Source: an uncultured Gemmatimonadales bacterium (lineage in GTDB: Bacteria > Gemmatimonadota > Gemmatimonadetes > Gemmatimonadales > GWC2-71-9). Taken from it: DNA of 64,000 nucleotides. Of this stretch, positions 24,076 to 35,288 are shown piece by piece. The notes below the pieces were generated by a model. That model saw only the letters and a program-made list of their open reading frames with translations. It was not told the origin of the DNA and did not search any database. The position numbers and the translations under genes were made by a program. Every line of letters starts with the position of its first letter. The stretch's first letter is position 1. The DNA lies in assembly GCA_963821525.1 (NCBI GenBank), contig CAWGED010000019.1, positions 608,001-672,000 of the forward strand. The letters are read 5' to 3'.

Positions 24076-26339
24076 GTGCCAGCCCAAGCCGAACAATTGC
24101 GGAGTGCCTTGAGCGACCGCTACACCATCGAGCGCGAGCTCGGGCGAGGCGGGATGGCGACGGTGTACCTCGCACGGGATCTCCGGCACGATCGTCCGGT
24201 CGCGCTCAAGACGCTGCACCCCGAGCTCGCCTTGAGCCTCGGCAGCGACCGGTTTCTCCGGGAGATCCGTCTTACTGCGCGGCTTCAGCATCCCCACATC
24301 CTCACCGTGCTGGACTCGGGTGACGCGTCCGGGCTGCTCTGGTTCACCATGCCGTTCATCGACGGCGAGAGTCTACGGGCTCGACTGCTGCGCGAACGAC
24401 GGCTCGAGGTGGAACCAGCGCTCAAGATCGTGCGCGAAGTAGCCGACGGGCTGGCTTATGCCCACGAGCACGGCATCGTGCACCGCGACATCAAGCCGGA
24501 GAACATCCTCCTCTCCGGTGGGCATGCACTCCTGGCCGACTTCGGCATCGCACGCGGATTCCGCTCCGAGAACGAAACCCAGCTCACAGTCATCGGTCTC
24601 GCGGTAGGCACTCCTGCCTACATGAGTCCCGAGCAGGCGGTGGGAGAGGCGGTTGATCCCCGGAGCGACATCTACAGCCTGGCCTGTGTGCTCTACGAGA
24701 TGCTTGCGGGTCAAGCGCCGCACGGCGGTGCTAGTGCCCAGGGCATGATCGCCGCACGGTTCACGACTCCACCCAAGGGCCTGCGGCAAATGGGAGTGGA
24801 TGTTCCCGAGGCGGTCGAGTCGGCGACCCTCAGGGCGCTCTCCCCTGCTCCGAATGACCGGTTCACCACGGCGGCGGAGTTCTCGGCGGCATTGAGTGCG
24901 GCTCCCAAGCCCAGGGCAACCCCGATTCCCGACAAGTCGCTCGCGGTACTGCCGTTCCTCAATCTCAGTCCAGACCCCGAGAACGAGTTCTTCGCCGACG
25001 GAATGACCGAGGAGCTGATCGGCGCACTCACCAAGGTGGACGGGCTGCACGTCGTCTCCCGGACATCGGTCTTCGCTTTCAAGGGAAAGCAGCAGGACAT
25101 CCGATCGATTGGCAGCCAGCTCAACGTGCGCACCGTGCTCGAAGGCAGCGTGCGGCGGGCGGGGCGACGCCTGAGGGTCGCGGTGCAGCTCACCGACGTC
25201 GACAACGGTTACCATCTTTGGTCCGACAGCTTCAATCGTGAGCTGGAGGACGTGTTCGCGATCCAGGACGAGATCTCGCGGGCCATCGTAAATGCGCTGC
25301 GAGTGCGACTGTTCGGAGCGGCGCCTGTACTGGGAGCTGTACCGGCACGCGCCGATGCGGACCCTGGTCCGGCGTGCCACCGACGACATCGAGGCCTACA
25401 GTGCCTACCTGAAGGGCCGTCATTTCTGGAACCGGCGCCACGAGGCGGACCTGCGGAAGGGTCTCGATTTCTTCCAACAGGCTCTGGCCCGCGATCCCAA
25501 CTACGCCCTGGCCCACGCCGGCATCGCCGATTCCTACGCGATCCTGGGCTTCTACTGCATGATGCCGCCGACCGAGGCGTTTCCCGCCGCAAAGGCCGCG
25601 GCGCTCAGAGCCCTCGAGATCGATCCGACCCTGGCCGAGCCGCATCCTACGCTGGCGTACTGCGCGATGTATCACGACTGGGACTGGACCGAAGCGGAGC
25701 GGGAATTCCACACTGCGATCGAGCTGAATCCGGGGTATTCCACCGGCCACCAGTGGTACGGAAACTTCATGGCAGTGATGGGACGGCGGGATGAGTGCGT
25801 TGCGGAATTCGAGCGGGCGGTTGCCTTGGATCCGCTGTCGGGGCTCAAGATAGCCGCGGTCGGATGGGGCTACTACTTCGGGAGACGCTGGGACGAGTCG
25901 ATCGCACAGTCGACTCGGGCTCTGGAGCTGGATCCCACTCTGGCCGTGGCTCACTGGTGGATGGGGCTGGCGTTGGGCCAGATCGGCCAGTTCGACCGGG
26001 CGATCGCGGAATTCGAGGAGGGAGTCCAGCTCTCCAACCGGAATTCGGTAGGGCTCGCGATGCTGGGGAATTGTCTGGCGACGGTCAGGCCGGCTTGCAG
26101 GCGCTCGCGAGATCCTGAACGAGCTGTACGCGATCGAGCGGGAGCGATACGTCTCGTCCTATGATATCGCGGTGGTACTGGCCGGCTTGGGAGAGGTGGA
26201 TTCGGCGGTCGATCGACTCGAGCAGGGTTACAAGGAGCGGACTCACTGGATGGCACTGCTCAGGGTAGATCCCCAGTTGGATCCCTTGCGAGACCATCAC
26301 CGGTTCAAGCGGTTGCACGAGAGTTTGCGATTCCCATAG
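24076..26339 (+). CDS. Ser/Thr kinase + TolB-N/FlgO-like domain + TPR repeats (frameshifts near 25320-25370 and 26090)
   Basis: HRDIKPEN, DFG, DKSLAVLPFLNLS..ENEFFADGMTEELI, and TPRs (ALARDPNYALA, AIELNPGY, ALELDPT). No clear TM. Confidence 0.88.
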
Positions 26340-26380
26340 AAGGAGCACTGGCCTTATTTCCGACCTCGATTGAGACCACA

Positions 26381-26820
26381 ATGAGGATTCGCGTCTTTGT
26401 CCAGAACGAAGCGGGTTCAATTCAAAAGAATCAGCACGACGAAAAGACCCTCCAGTATCTCCATTCCGAATCCATCGCTCACGCGTATCCCTTCCCTTAC
26501 GGTTTCGTGATCGGCACGGAAGGCGGAGACGGCGGGAATGTGGATTGCTACGTGATCACCACCCAGACACTCAAGACCGGCCAAATCGTCGAGTGCGAGG
26601 CGATTGGCCTATGGAGCAATTCGAGGACGGCGTCGAGGATCACAACATCCTGGCTCGATTGCTGGACGAACCGGTTGTCCTCAATGAGGTAATGGAAGCC
26701 GCTCTCACAGAGCACGTGCTAGCGTGTTTTCGAGCTGCCAGCGTAGGCATCGCAGTAGGCCGCTTTCTCGGGCGGGATGCCGCGCTAGCCCACATTTCCT
26801 CTCATTTGGAACCTGCGTGA
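26381..26820 (+). CDS. Family I inorganic pyrophosphatase-like protein (frameshift near 26609)
   Basis: YPFPYGFVIGTEGGDGGNVDCYVI and MEQFEDGVEDHNILA. Short and divergent. Confidence 0.65.
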
Positions 26821-26836
26821 AGCGCCGGGAAGCTCG

Positions 26837-27667
26837 ATGAGCGACAGCGAGGGCGACTACGGCCATATCGCGGCGTTCTACGCCCTCGGCCTCGAACGAG
26901 ACCGGCTCCTCGGTGGCCAAGGCGCGCTCGAGTTCGCCCGTACCCAGGTGTTGTTGGAGCGATATCTCCCGGCGCCTCCCGCGGTGATCGCCGACGTTGG
27001 TGGCGGTCCCGGACGATACGCCATCTGGCTCGCCAAGCGTGGATACCAGACCCACCTGGTGGATCCTGTGCCCCTGCACATCGAGCAGGCGCGCGCCGCG
27101 ACCAGCCGTCGGCCGGGAGTTACGCTGGCCAGCGCAGAAGTGGGCGACGCGCGCGCACTCCGACTACCGGACGCGAGTGTGGACGCGGTGCTTCTGCTCG
27201 GCCCCCTCTACCACCTGCCCGAGGCCGCCGACCGCCTCCAAGCCCTTGCCGAAGCACGACGGGTGTGTCGACCGGGGGGAATGATCCTCGCGGCGGCGAT
27301 TTCGCGCCTTGCTTCAACGTTGGACGGGCTGCGGGGTGGTTATCTCGCGGATCCGACCTTCGCGGCGATTGCGGCAAGCGACCGGCGAGACGGGGTGCAT
27401 CGCAATCCGACCGGCGACCCGACGTACTTCACGACCGCGTACTTCCATCGGCCGGAGGAGCTGAAGGAAGAGTGTATGGCAGTGGGCCTGAAACACGAAG
27501 CGACGCTCGGCGTCGAAGGACCTGGGTGGCTTTTGCCGGACCTGGACGCTCGGCTCGCCGATGCGGGCCGCCGGGCGGTGCTACTCGAATCACTCGCTGC
27601 GCTCGAGGCCGAGCCGACGATACTTGGGGTGAGCGCGCACCTGCTCGCCGTGGCGCGGAGAACCTGA
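26837..27667 (+). CDS. Class I SAM-dependent methyltransferase
   Basis: IADVGGGPGRY, GDARAL and DAVLLLGPLYHL. Confidence 0.9.
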   Translation: MSDSEGDYGHIAAFYALGLERDRLLGGQGALEFARTQVLLERYLPAPPAVIADVGGGPGRYAIWLAKRGYQTHLVDPVPLHIEQARAATSRRPGVTLASAEVGDARALRLPDASVDAVLLLGPLYHLPEAADRLQALAEARRVCRPGGMILAAAISRLASTLDGLRGGYLADPTFAAIAASDRRDGVHRNPTGDPTYFTTAYFHRPEELKEECMAVGLKHEATLGVEGPGWLLPDLDARLADAGRRAVLLESLAALEAEPTILGVSAHLLAVARRT

Positions 27668-27679
27668 GGATCAGCCGAC

Positions 27680-28798
27680 ATGAATGTTGATGAGGTCCGT
27701 AAGCTCTTCCCGGGGCTCAAGGATACGATCTACCTGAACACCGCCACGATGAATGTCGGATGTACGCCGGCGAGAGAGGCGTACGAGCGTGCGGTGGAAC
27801 AGTGGTCGGCGGGGCGGTTCGACTGGCCCGAGGCCGAACGTGCCGGCGAGGATGCCCGCCGCAGGTTCGCGCAGATCGTGGGTGCACAACCGGAGGAGGT
27901 CGCGATCGTCCCGGCGGTGAGTGTGGCGGCCGGCATCGTCGCGGCCAATATGCCCACCGCCGCTCGCGGCGAGAACGTCGTAGTTGCCGATATGGAGTTC
28001 GCGTCGAACTACTACCCCTGGGTTCTCCTCCGCGAGCGGGGCTATGAGATCCGCACGGTGCCGTTCAGCGATGATGGAATCTCAGCCGATGCCTACGCCG
28101 CGGCAGCGGATGGCGGAACCCGTCTCATCGCAGTAAGCGCGGTGCACTCGCCCAACGGCTTTCGGACGGATCTGGCATCGCTCAGCCAGGTAGCGGGTCG
28201 CTCCGGAGCCTGGCTCTTCGTAGATGCCTGCCAGGCGGCGGGAGCCGTCCCCCTCGATGTCGTCCGGGACGGGGTCGATTTCCTGGCGGCCTCGAGTCAC
28301 AAGTTCCTCCTCGGCTCCCGAGGCATGGGCTACCTCTATGTTCGTCCCCAGCTCATCGACAGAATGCAGCCCATTTTCCCGGGATGGAAAGCCGCTCGGA
28401 AGCCGCTTGAAGCGTTCTACGGTCCGAAGATGGACCTGTCTCCTACGGCCTCGAAGCTCGATACTTCTCTGATCTGGTTCGCCGCACTCGCCGAGCAGGC
28501 GTCGCTGGGCCTGTTTCAGCGGTTCGGGATTCAGGCCATTCTCGAACGCAACGCCTCGCTCTCGCGGAGGTTGCTGGACGCGCTGGGCGCACGCGGCACC
28601 AAGGTGCGGCCGTTTCCAGAACAGCATCGCTCCACGATCGTATCGGTGCCCGTCGAAGACGCCGAGGCCGCCATGGCCCGTCTTCGCGCCGCAGGAGTTG
28701 TGGCCTCGATGCGAGCCGGGCGGATCCGGTTGGCGGTGCACTTCTACAATCTCGAAGAAGATATCGATCGGGTAGCCGCGCTTCTCGCAGAGGGGTGA
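27680..28798 (+). CDS. Aminotransferase class V (cysteine desulfurase/selenocysteine lyase-like)
   Basis: YLNTAT, VDACQAAG, SSHKFLLG (PLP Lys) and IRLAVHFYN. Confidence 0.9.
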   Translation: MNVDEVRKLFPGLKDTIYLNTATMNVGCTPAREAYERAVEQWSAGRFDWPEAERAGEDARRRFAQIVGAQPEEVAIVPAVSVAAGIVAANMPTAARGENVVVADMEFASNYYPWVLLRERGYEIRTVPFSDDGISADAYAAAADGGTRLIAVSAVHSPNGFRTDLASLSQVAGRSGAWLFVDACQAAGAVPLDVVRDGVDFLAASSHKFLLGSRGMGYLYVRPQLIDRMQPIFPGWKAARKPLEAFYGPKMDLSPTASKLDTSLIWFAALAEQASLGLFQRFGIQAILERNASLSRRLLDALGARGTKVRPFPEQHRSTIVSVPVEDAEAAMARLRAAGVVASMRAGRIRLAVHFYNLEEDIDRVAALLAEG

Positions 28799-28955
28799 GC
28801 GTCGCACCGGCGCCACGGCCCAGCTTCAGTGAGTGGTGGGAATCCGTCTGACAAGAGTCGCTCCAATAAGCTGAAGCTGACGATCCGACCCGCTGGCGCG
28901 TGGCCACTTCGGCTCGTATCGTCATCCCGCAACCGTCCTTCTCCCGAAATGGATA

Positions 28956-29591
28956 ATGACCGGATCCAGCGACAAGCTCATTCTTGAGAATCGGCACACC
29001 GGCGAGCGACTCGAGATGTTTCGTGTCGCCCGAAATGGCGAGACCTGGCTGGCGCTTCGAGGCTCGTTGCCACCTCACCGGAAAGGGCCGCCACTCCACG
29101 TTCATTACCACGCGGCGGAGGAATTCCGGGTTATCGCGGGCACGATGAGCGCCGTCGGAGATGGACGGCATATCCAGGTCGCCGCCGGAGAAACCGCGAC
29201 CTTTCCTCCCGGATCGGTGCACACCTGGTGGAACGACGGCGACGAAACGCTGGTCGCCCATGGGTACGCCAAACCCGCGGGCGATCTGGATCGCCATCTG
29301 CAGGCGGCATTCGACGTCATCAACAGCGGGCCAGCCGAGCGGCCGCCGCTCTTCTACATGGCGCGGGTAACCTGGCGGCATCGCCGGACTCAGGCCGTGG
29401 TCGTGATGCCGCGCCCGATTCAGGCGATCGTGATTCCTTTGATCGTTCTGGTGGGAACCCTGCTCGGTCGGTATCGGGGGACCGACTGGCCCGGTTCGGC
29501 GGCCAGGTGCCGGGACGCGCCGTTCGTGGAGGACCCAGCACCGGAGGAGAAGTTGACCGGCCGGGAGGCAGAGGCTGACGGTTCATTTTGA
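28956..29591 (+). CDS. Cupin domain protein
   Basis: PPLHVHYHAAEEF...FPPGSVHTWWN. Confidence 0.85.
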   Translation: MTGSSDKLILENRHTGERLEMFRVARNGETWLALRGSLPPHRKGPPLHVHYHAAEEFRVIAGTMSAVGDGRHIQVAAGETATFPPGSVHTWWNDGDETLVAHGYAKPAGDLDRHLQAAFDVINSGPAERPPLFYMARVTWRHRRTQAVVVMPRPIQAIVIPLIVLVGTLLGRYRGTDWPGSAARCRDAPFVEDPAPEEKLTGREAEADGSF

Positions 29592-29639
29592 ATCTCGTCG
29601 CTGCCCGAGGCCGTCAGGCAGACTCGAAAGGAGCTCGGC

Positions 29640-29969
29640 ATGACATTCAACCCCAGGATCTGGCGTCCCATCGCGATTGGGCTGAGCGCGATTAACCTCG
29701 TGGCCACAGGCTTTGCCGCTCAGGGAGGCGAGGGGTGGCATGCCGGGATTCACGCGGCGCTGGCGCTCGCCTTCGGGCTATGGGCGCAAAATCTCAGAGG
29801 CCGACCCTCGTCGCTCGACCAGGGTGAGATCCCCGCTCGTCTCGAGTCACTCGAGATCGAAGTGGGCAACCTGCGGCGGGAGCTGGGCGAGGCGCAGGAG
29901 CGGATCGACTTTACGGAGCGGGTGATGGCGCAGGCGCAGGAGCAGCGGCGAGTGGGACCGGAGAAGTAA
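29640..29969 (+). CDS. Small membrane protein with C-terminal coiled coil
   Basis: Two hydrophobic segments followed by ELGEAQERIDFTERVM. AGGAG RBS. Confidence 0.7.
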   Translation: MTFNPRIWRPIAIGLSAINLVATGFAAQGGEGWHAGIHAALALAFGLWAQNLRGRPSSLDQGEIPARLESLEIEVGNLRRELGEAQERIDFTERVMAQAQEQRRVGPEK

Positions 29970-30037
29970 GGAGCAACGCGAAGGGTACAGCGAGTTGAGT
30001 GGTCAGGCTGATGGACCGCGGTGGGCCGGGCAGTACC

Positions 30038-30238
30038 AAAAAGTGCGAGACCGGCCCCCACCCCTTGGGGGGAATATCAACCCGGTGAAAGTCAGCTTGG
30101 TAACCGTAGAAACCCGGAACCGGTGTCAGGCCCCGCTGACGACTGCAAATAAAACGCGAGCGCGCCCCCCAGCCCAAGGGGGAGTATTGACCCTATGAAG
30201 GTCCTCATGGTAACCGCCAGAACGCCGAACCGGTCTCA
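30038..30238. repeat. Two degenerate direct repeats, period about 111 bp
   Basis: 30056-30128 and 30167-30238 share about 73% identity by manual alignment, with shared blocks tggtaaccg and gaaccggt. Confidence 0.7.
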
Positions 30239-30287
30239 AATTCTCATGCTGCCACACCATCGTCGGAACCAATGCTTGCTTATCGTC

Positions 30288-30698
30288 ATGCGCCTACTGA
30301 CCGCCATTCCTCTCATCCTCCTTGCCTCATGGGCGACTCCCGCTCACGCCCAGGAATCTCCCATCCTCGGCTCCTGGCACGGCACATCAACCTGCGTTGA
30401 CAAGGTGAAGTTCCCGGCGTGCAATGACGAAGAGGTCATCTATGACGTGACCACGGCGAGGGGAGACACGGTCACCTTGCGAGCAGACAAGGTGGTGAAC
30501 GGAGCTCGCGAGTTCATGAACGAATCGCAATTTGTTCGGGGGGCCGATGGCTCGTGGACGGCGGAGATTGAGACCCCGCGATACCACCTTCGCCTCGTGA
30601 TAGCCGTTGAGCGGGACGTCATGAAAGGCCGCCTCATGACGCTGCCGGATCAGGTGCTCGTACGGCGCATGTCCCTGCGGCGCGTCGGGACGGAATAG
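30288..30698 (+). CDS. Secreted hypothetical protein
   Basis: Signal MRLLTAIPLILLASWATPAHA-Q, G.W.G.STC motif and a Cys pair. Confidence 0.7.
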   Translation: MRLLTAIPLILLASWATPAHAQESPILGSWHGTSTCVDKVKFPACNDEEVIYDVTTARGDTVTLRADKVVNGAREFMNESQFVRGADGSWTAEIETPRYHLRLVIAVERDVMKGRLMTLPDQVLVRRMSLRRVGTE

Positions 30699-30754
30699 AA
30701 CCCTCTCGTTGTAAGGATGTGGGGACGTGGCCCGTTCCCGGTCCCCGCTTCTCC

Positions 30755-30796
30755 CCGTTCACCGTTCACCGTTCACCGTTCACCGTTCACCGTTCA
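30755..30796. repeat. (CCGTTCA)6 heptamer array overlapping the amidohydrolase stop
   Basis: Six exact copies. Confidence 0.9.
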
Positions 30797-33700
30797 TTAT
30801 TGCTCAGCAGCCCCGCCCGATCCACCGGCTTCCCGCCTAGAATCACCTCCCGAATCCGTCTCGTGTCCTTGATATCGCGCCAGGGCTCGGCGCCCGGCTC
30901 GAGAATGATGAGGTTCGCGATCTTGCCGGCCTCGATCGAGCCGAGCTCGGCATCGTGCCCCAGGATGCGCATGGACTCGAGCGTCCCCACCCGGATCGCC
31001 TCCAGTGGAGTGAGACCAGCCGCTACCATGCGCTCCAATTCCAGATGCGCGCCCCAAGGGAATAGCGGCGCGTCACATCCCACGCCGAACAGCACGCCGG
31101 CATCGTGCAGGGAACGCATCTGTTCGATCATGAGGCGCCCCTGCCCGACGATCCAATACGCAGGATCCGACGCGCCGAAGGGTTTCAGATCGCGCTTCGC
31201 CGCGACCGTGAATGGCAGCACGTCGGGCCTTCGCAGGAAGTTGCTGTCAGCCATCCAGATCTCTTCCCAGGAGGTCAGCATGCTGGTCGGGATGACGGCA
31301 ATCCGGCTCGCGTGCAACACGGCCGTGATATCCTCGTGCAACGGTGCGTTGAACCGCTCGCCGCAGGTGTTGCCTAAGTGCTCCTTCGAGTCCATTCCGG
31401 CGGCGAGCAAGGCGAGCGGAAGAATGCAATGCCCGGTAGTCCGCAGGCCGGCCCGATGCGCGGCGTCGATCAGCCGAGTCACCCCATTCCAGCCGTGGAA
31501 GGTCCGGATCTTCATGTGCTCGGCACCGTGCGCGAGCAGGAGGTCCACAGCGCGGCCGATCTGGCCGGGATCGCGCTCGGGTTCCAGTCCCTGCTCGATG
31601 CCATTGCTGAATGCCCAGTCGGTGTAGAGCTGGAACCCGCCGAAACTGGTCCACGGAAGGACCGCGTCACCCGAGAAGGATTCATCGGCTCGGGCCGCAA
31701 CCGTCGCGAGATCGCTCCCCTGGTCTCGCAGTACGGTGACCCCGTTGTACAAGGCGCCGCGCATCTGTTGGGCACCGTCCTGATGCGAGTGCATGTCGGA
31801 GAGACCCGGCAGGAGGACCGCCCCGCCGGCGTCGATCGCCTGAGCATCTTTGGCCTTCAGGGTTCCCGGCGCTCCGATCTTCTCGATTCGGCCATTTCGC
31901 AGGAGGAGGTCCCGCGGCTCGGTCGGCGGGTTACCGGTGCCGTCCACGATGCGCGCATTAGTGATCAGGAGCGGCGGAGGCGTGGGGACGACATAGGTGA
32001 CCGGCCAGCCGAGGCTCTGCACCTTTCCCGATCCGTCCCGGAGGTGAAGGCCGTCCGCCCGAGACATAGAGCAGCGACCCGTCGCGTGACGCGCTCATAT
32101 ACAACGCCGCATCGTCCCCCAGTGGCTCCGGTGTATCCAGGATCGAGTCGCCCCGAACCCGGGAGCGCATGACCCGATCGGCGTCTACATACGCCAGCGT
32201 ACTGTCGTCGGTCCACCGGACCCAGGTCGCATCGAGCGGGAAGTTTCCCAGCTTGCGACGCTTGCCGTCGAGCGAAATGACCTCGGCCTTACTCGGGAGG
32301 AGAATGGAGAACGGGTCGCGGACCACCGGCCCGCCAGCATGACGCCAGGCCAGCAGACCGCGCGAGTCGCGCCGCCAGGTCGGCATGGTGGCGCTTTCGA
32401 TCCCGATGGTCCATTCCCCGGCCGCGATAACGCCAAGATCCTTTCCCCGGCTCGGGTCAACCACATCGGGGACATCAGGGTTGACCGGCAGCACGACCAG
32501 GTGCGGGTCGGAGTCGGGGGACACGCGAATGAAGGCGATCCATTGGCCGTCGGGCGACCATTGAGGCACCACCTCGCGCCCGGGTAATTCGGTAAGCTGG
32601 ATATCGTGTCCCGTCGCCAGCTCCATCAGATGGAGATCCTCGGCGCCCCACGAGCCAGCGGCGTACACCACACGATCCATCGTGGGAGCCCAATCCACGT
32701 CCCGCGCTCCTTCAGGAAGCCGGGCGACCTCCTTCGGCTCGCCGGTCGGAATCGGGATGATCCAGAGGCGGCGAAGCGCGATCATCGCGGCACGAGATCC
32801 GTCCGGCGCCAGGGCCAGTCCGGTCTGCCCTCGAGCCGACTGACGTGAGCCTGGCGTGGGAAAATGGCGCGCGGGAAGAGGCGTCACTTTGCGCGGAAAG
32901 GCGACGGTCGCCACGAACGGCACTTCCACTCTCCCGTTCCCTGCGACGGCGAGCCGCCGAAAACGGCCCCCGCTCACGAACAGCAGGGTGTCAGGCCCAG
33001 CCCAGCGCAGCCGGCGCGGAGTCAGCTCGGCTTCGTCGGTCAGCCGCCTCGGAAGCACCTTTTGGCAGCGCGCGGATCCAGACCTGCGCTCTACCCGCCG
33101 AATCGTTTGCCACGAAGGCGAAGTTATGGCCATCCGGCGAGGGCGATGGAGCGAGGACATCCAGAGTGGAATCGCCAACCAGCGCGCGGGTCCCTTTGGC
33201 GACGTCCACCGACCACAGCGCGCCACCGGTAACCGTGGCCGGATAGGAGCGCCGCGGCACGACAAGGTAGATCGTCCGGCCGTCCACGCTCCACGCAGGA
33301 TCCCGGATGTTGTAGGAACCTTTCGTGCGGAAGGGCAGGAGCCGAACCTTGCCGCTGGCTACATCGAGAAGATGGAGCCATCCTCCTCCGACCACATGGT
33401 CGCCTTGACGCTCGGCGCTCTGGCGCACAAACGCGATAGTCCGGCCATCGGGCGACCATGCCGGTTGATCGTCCGACTCGGGAGCGGTGGTAAGACGATC
33501 GACGCGACCCGTAGCTACATCGAGCCGCCAGAGCCCGGGATGGCCCGCACGCTCGCCGGCAAAGGCCAGCGACTTCCCATCCGGCGAGAAAGCCGGGTCG
33601 CCGTCCTCGGCCGTGTCCCGGACCGCGTCAGTAACGGCGTGTGCGACACCACCAGCACCTGGCATGAGCCAGAGCTGGCCGAGCATGTCGAAGGCGATCT

Positions 33701-33890
33701 GGGTGTGATCGGGAGAGAGGTCGAAGGCGAGCCAAGTGCCTTCATGCACCGAGACGCTGATCAGCTCGGTCGTCGGGGCAGCTCCCTTCCCCGGGGTGCG
33801 GCAGGCCACGAGATCACCCAGCATCGCGAGGACGCCAAGGAGATGGGATGTCGAGGTCGTTCGCCACCCTGCGCGCCTACGGTGGGACAT
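30787..33890 (-). CDS. TolB/PD40 propeller + metal-dependent amidohydrolase (frameshifts near 33030 and 32060)
   Basis: EGTWLAFDLSPD and SPDG repeats. C-terminal LLPGLSDMHSH, TGH, EH, GCD and GSIEAGKIANL. Confidence 0.85.
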
Positions 33891-33989
33891 CCGCGTCCTC
33901 CCGGATGGGCGGGTTCGAACTGGCGACCAGCGCGCTATGAGCTAACGTAGGAACTGGATCGGTGCAAGTCCCGCTGGGAGGAAGCCGTC

Positions 33990-34655
33990 ATGCGTCACCC
34001 GAGCCTGATTGTGCTTTTCCTGCTCGCCCTGGTGACCAGACCGGGGAAGAGCCAGACGTCAACGAGATATGTCATCTATCTGCATGGCCGGATCGTCGAG
34101 ACGGAGCAGGATCGCCGGCCGACCGACGACACCTTCGGGACCTTCGAGTACGACGCCATCCTCGACAGCCTGCGTCGCCCCGGCTTCGTCGTGCTCAGCG
34201 AGCAACGGCCACCGCGAACCGACTCCGACTCCTTCGCCAATCATGTCGCGCAACAGGTGGACAGCCTCATTCAGAGCGGCGTATCCCCGAATGCGATCAC
34301 GGTGATGGGCTTCTCCAAGGGCGGTTGGATCGCGATCCTCGCGTCGGCGCGTTTGCGCAATCCCGCGGTCTCGTTCGTCATCATGGCGGCCTGTGGTCCC
34401 TGGGCCCTCGACCGGCAGGATCTCTACGTCAGCGGACGTCTCCTGTCACTGTATGAGACCAGCGACTCTCTGGGCGTCTCCTGCGCTCCACTCTTTGCAC
34501 GTCGGAGCCCTCGTTCTCAAACTCGTGAGATTGCGCTGAGCCTGGGGCTCGGCCACGGTACCTTCTTCCAGCCCCGCTCCGCCTGGCTTGGTCCCAGCGA
34601 TTACCTGGGCCGAAGGGCTGGAGCCTTAGGGCCGTTTACCCCCGAAAACGTGTAG
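33990..34655 (+). CDS. Secreted alpha/beta hydrolase
   Basis: YLHGRIVE, nucleophile elbow GFSKGG and GHG. C-terminus possibly frameshifted. Confidence 0.8.
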   Translation: MRHPSLIVLFLLALVTRPGKSQTSTRYVIYLHGRIVETEQDRRPTDDTFGTFEYDAILDSLRRPGFVVLSEQRPPRTDSDSFANHVAQQVDSLIQSGVSPNAITVMGFSKGGWIAILASARLRNPAVSFVIMAACGPWALDRQDLYVSGRLLSLYETSDSLGVSCAPLFARRSPRSQTREIALSLGLGHGTFFQPRSAWLGPSDYLGRRAGALGPFTPENV

Positions 34656-34689
34656 CACTTCAACTCAACCTGAAGCAATCATCTATCCC

Positions 34690-35196
34690 ATGTCACTCCC
34701 AGCCACCCTCAAGAGTCAGTATTACGCCTCGCTCGCAATGCTCCGCGGGGCGATCGACGCCTGTCCCACCGAGCTGTGGAACAGCGATCGCTATGTGAAT
34801 CCCTTCTGGCAGGTGGCCTACCACACGCTCTTTTATACCCATCTCTATCTTCAACCGGCGGAAGCCGACTTCGTGCCTTGGAAGCATCATCGCGAGGCAC
34901 ACAATCGTTTCGCCACGGGTCCGGATGAGGGGCTGATTCTCACCCCCTACTCCGTCGCCGAGATCCAGTCCTATTGCCACTATTGTCAGGGTATGGTTGA
35001 CGCTGCCGTGGATCGCCTGGATCTCACGGCCCCGGAAAGCGGGTTCTACTGGTACCGGATGTCGAAGCTGGAACATCAATTCGTCAATCTCCGCCACATC
35101 CAGCATCACACCGGCCAGTTGGCGGACCGCCTCAGGCAGGAAGCCGATCGAGGCGTGGAGTGGGTCGGCGGGATGTCGAAACCAGCGAGCACCTGA
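34690..35196 (+). CDS. DinB-like protein
   Basis: FWQVAYH and LRHIQHHTGQL. Confidence 0.85.
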   Translation: MSLPATLKSQYYASLAMLRGAIDACPTELWNSDRYVNPFWQVAYHTLFYTHLYLQPAEADFVPWKHHREAHNRFATGPDEGLILTPYSVAEIQSYCHYCQGMVDAAVDRLDLTAPESGFYWYRMSKLEHQFVNLRHIQHHTGQLADRLRQEADRGVEWVGGMSKPAST

Positions 35197-35288
35197 CTTT
35201 GGCCACCTGTACCAGTACCTGGCTGCACTGAAGCCAGCGAGGTGAATTGCTTCAACGCGAAGAATCGTCAGTACGCCTGGAGGTATCT

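Noticed and set aside
28822..28879. attC-like site (cagcttcag...ctgaagctg) in the accessory gene run
   Set aside because: It lacks clear RYYYAAC/GTTRRRY ends, similar sites do not follow neighbouring genes, and no integrase is present.
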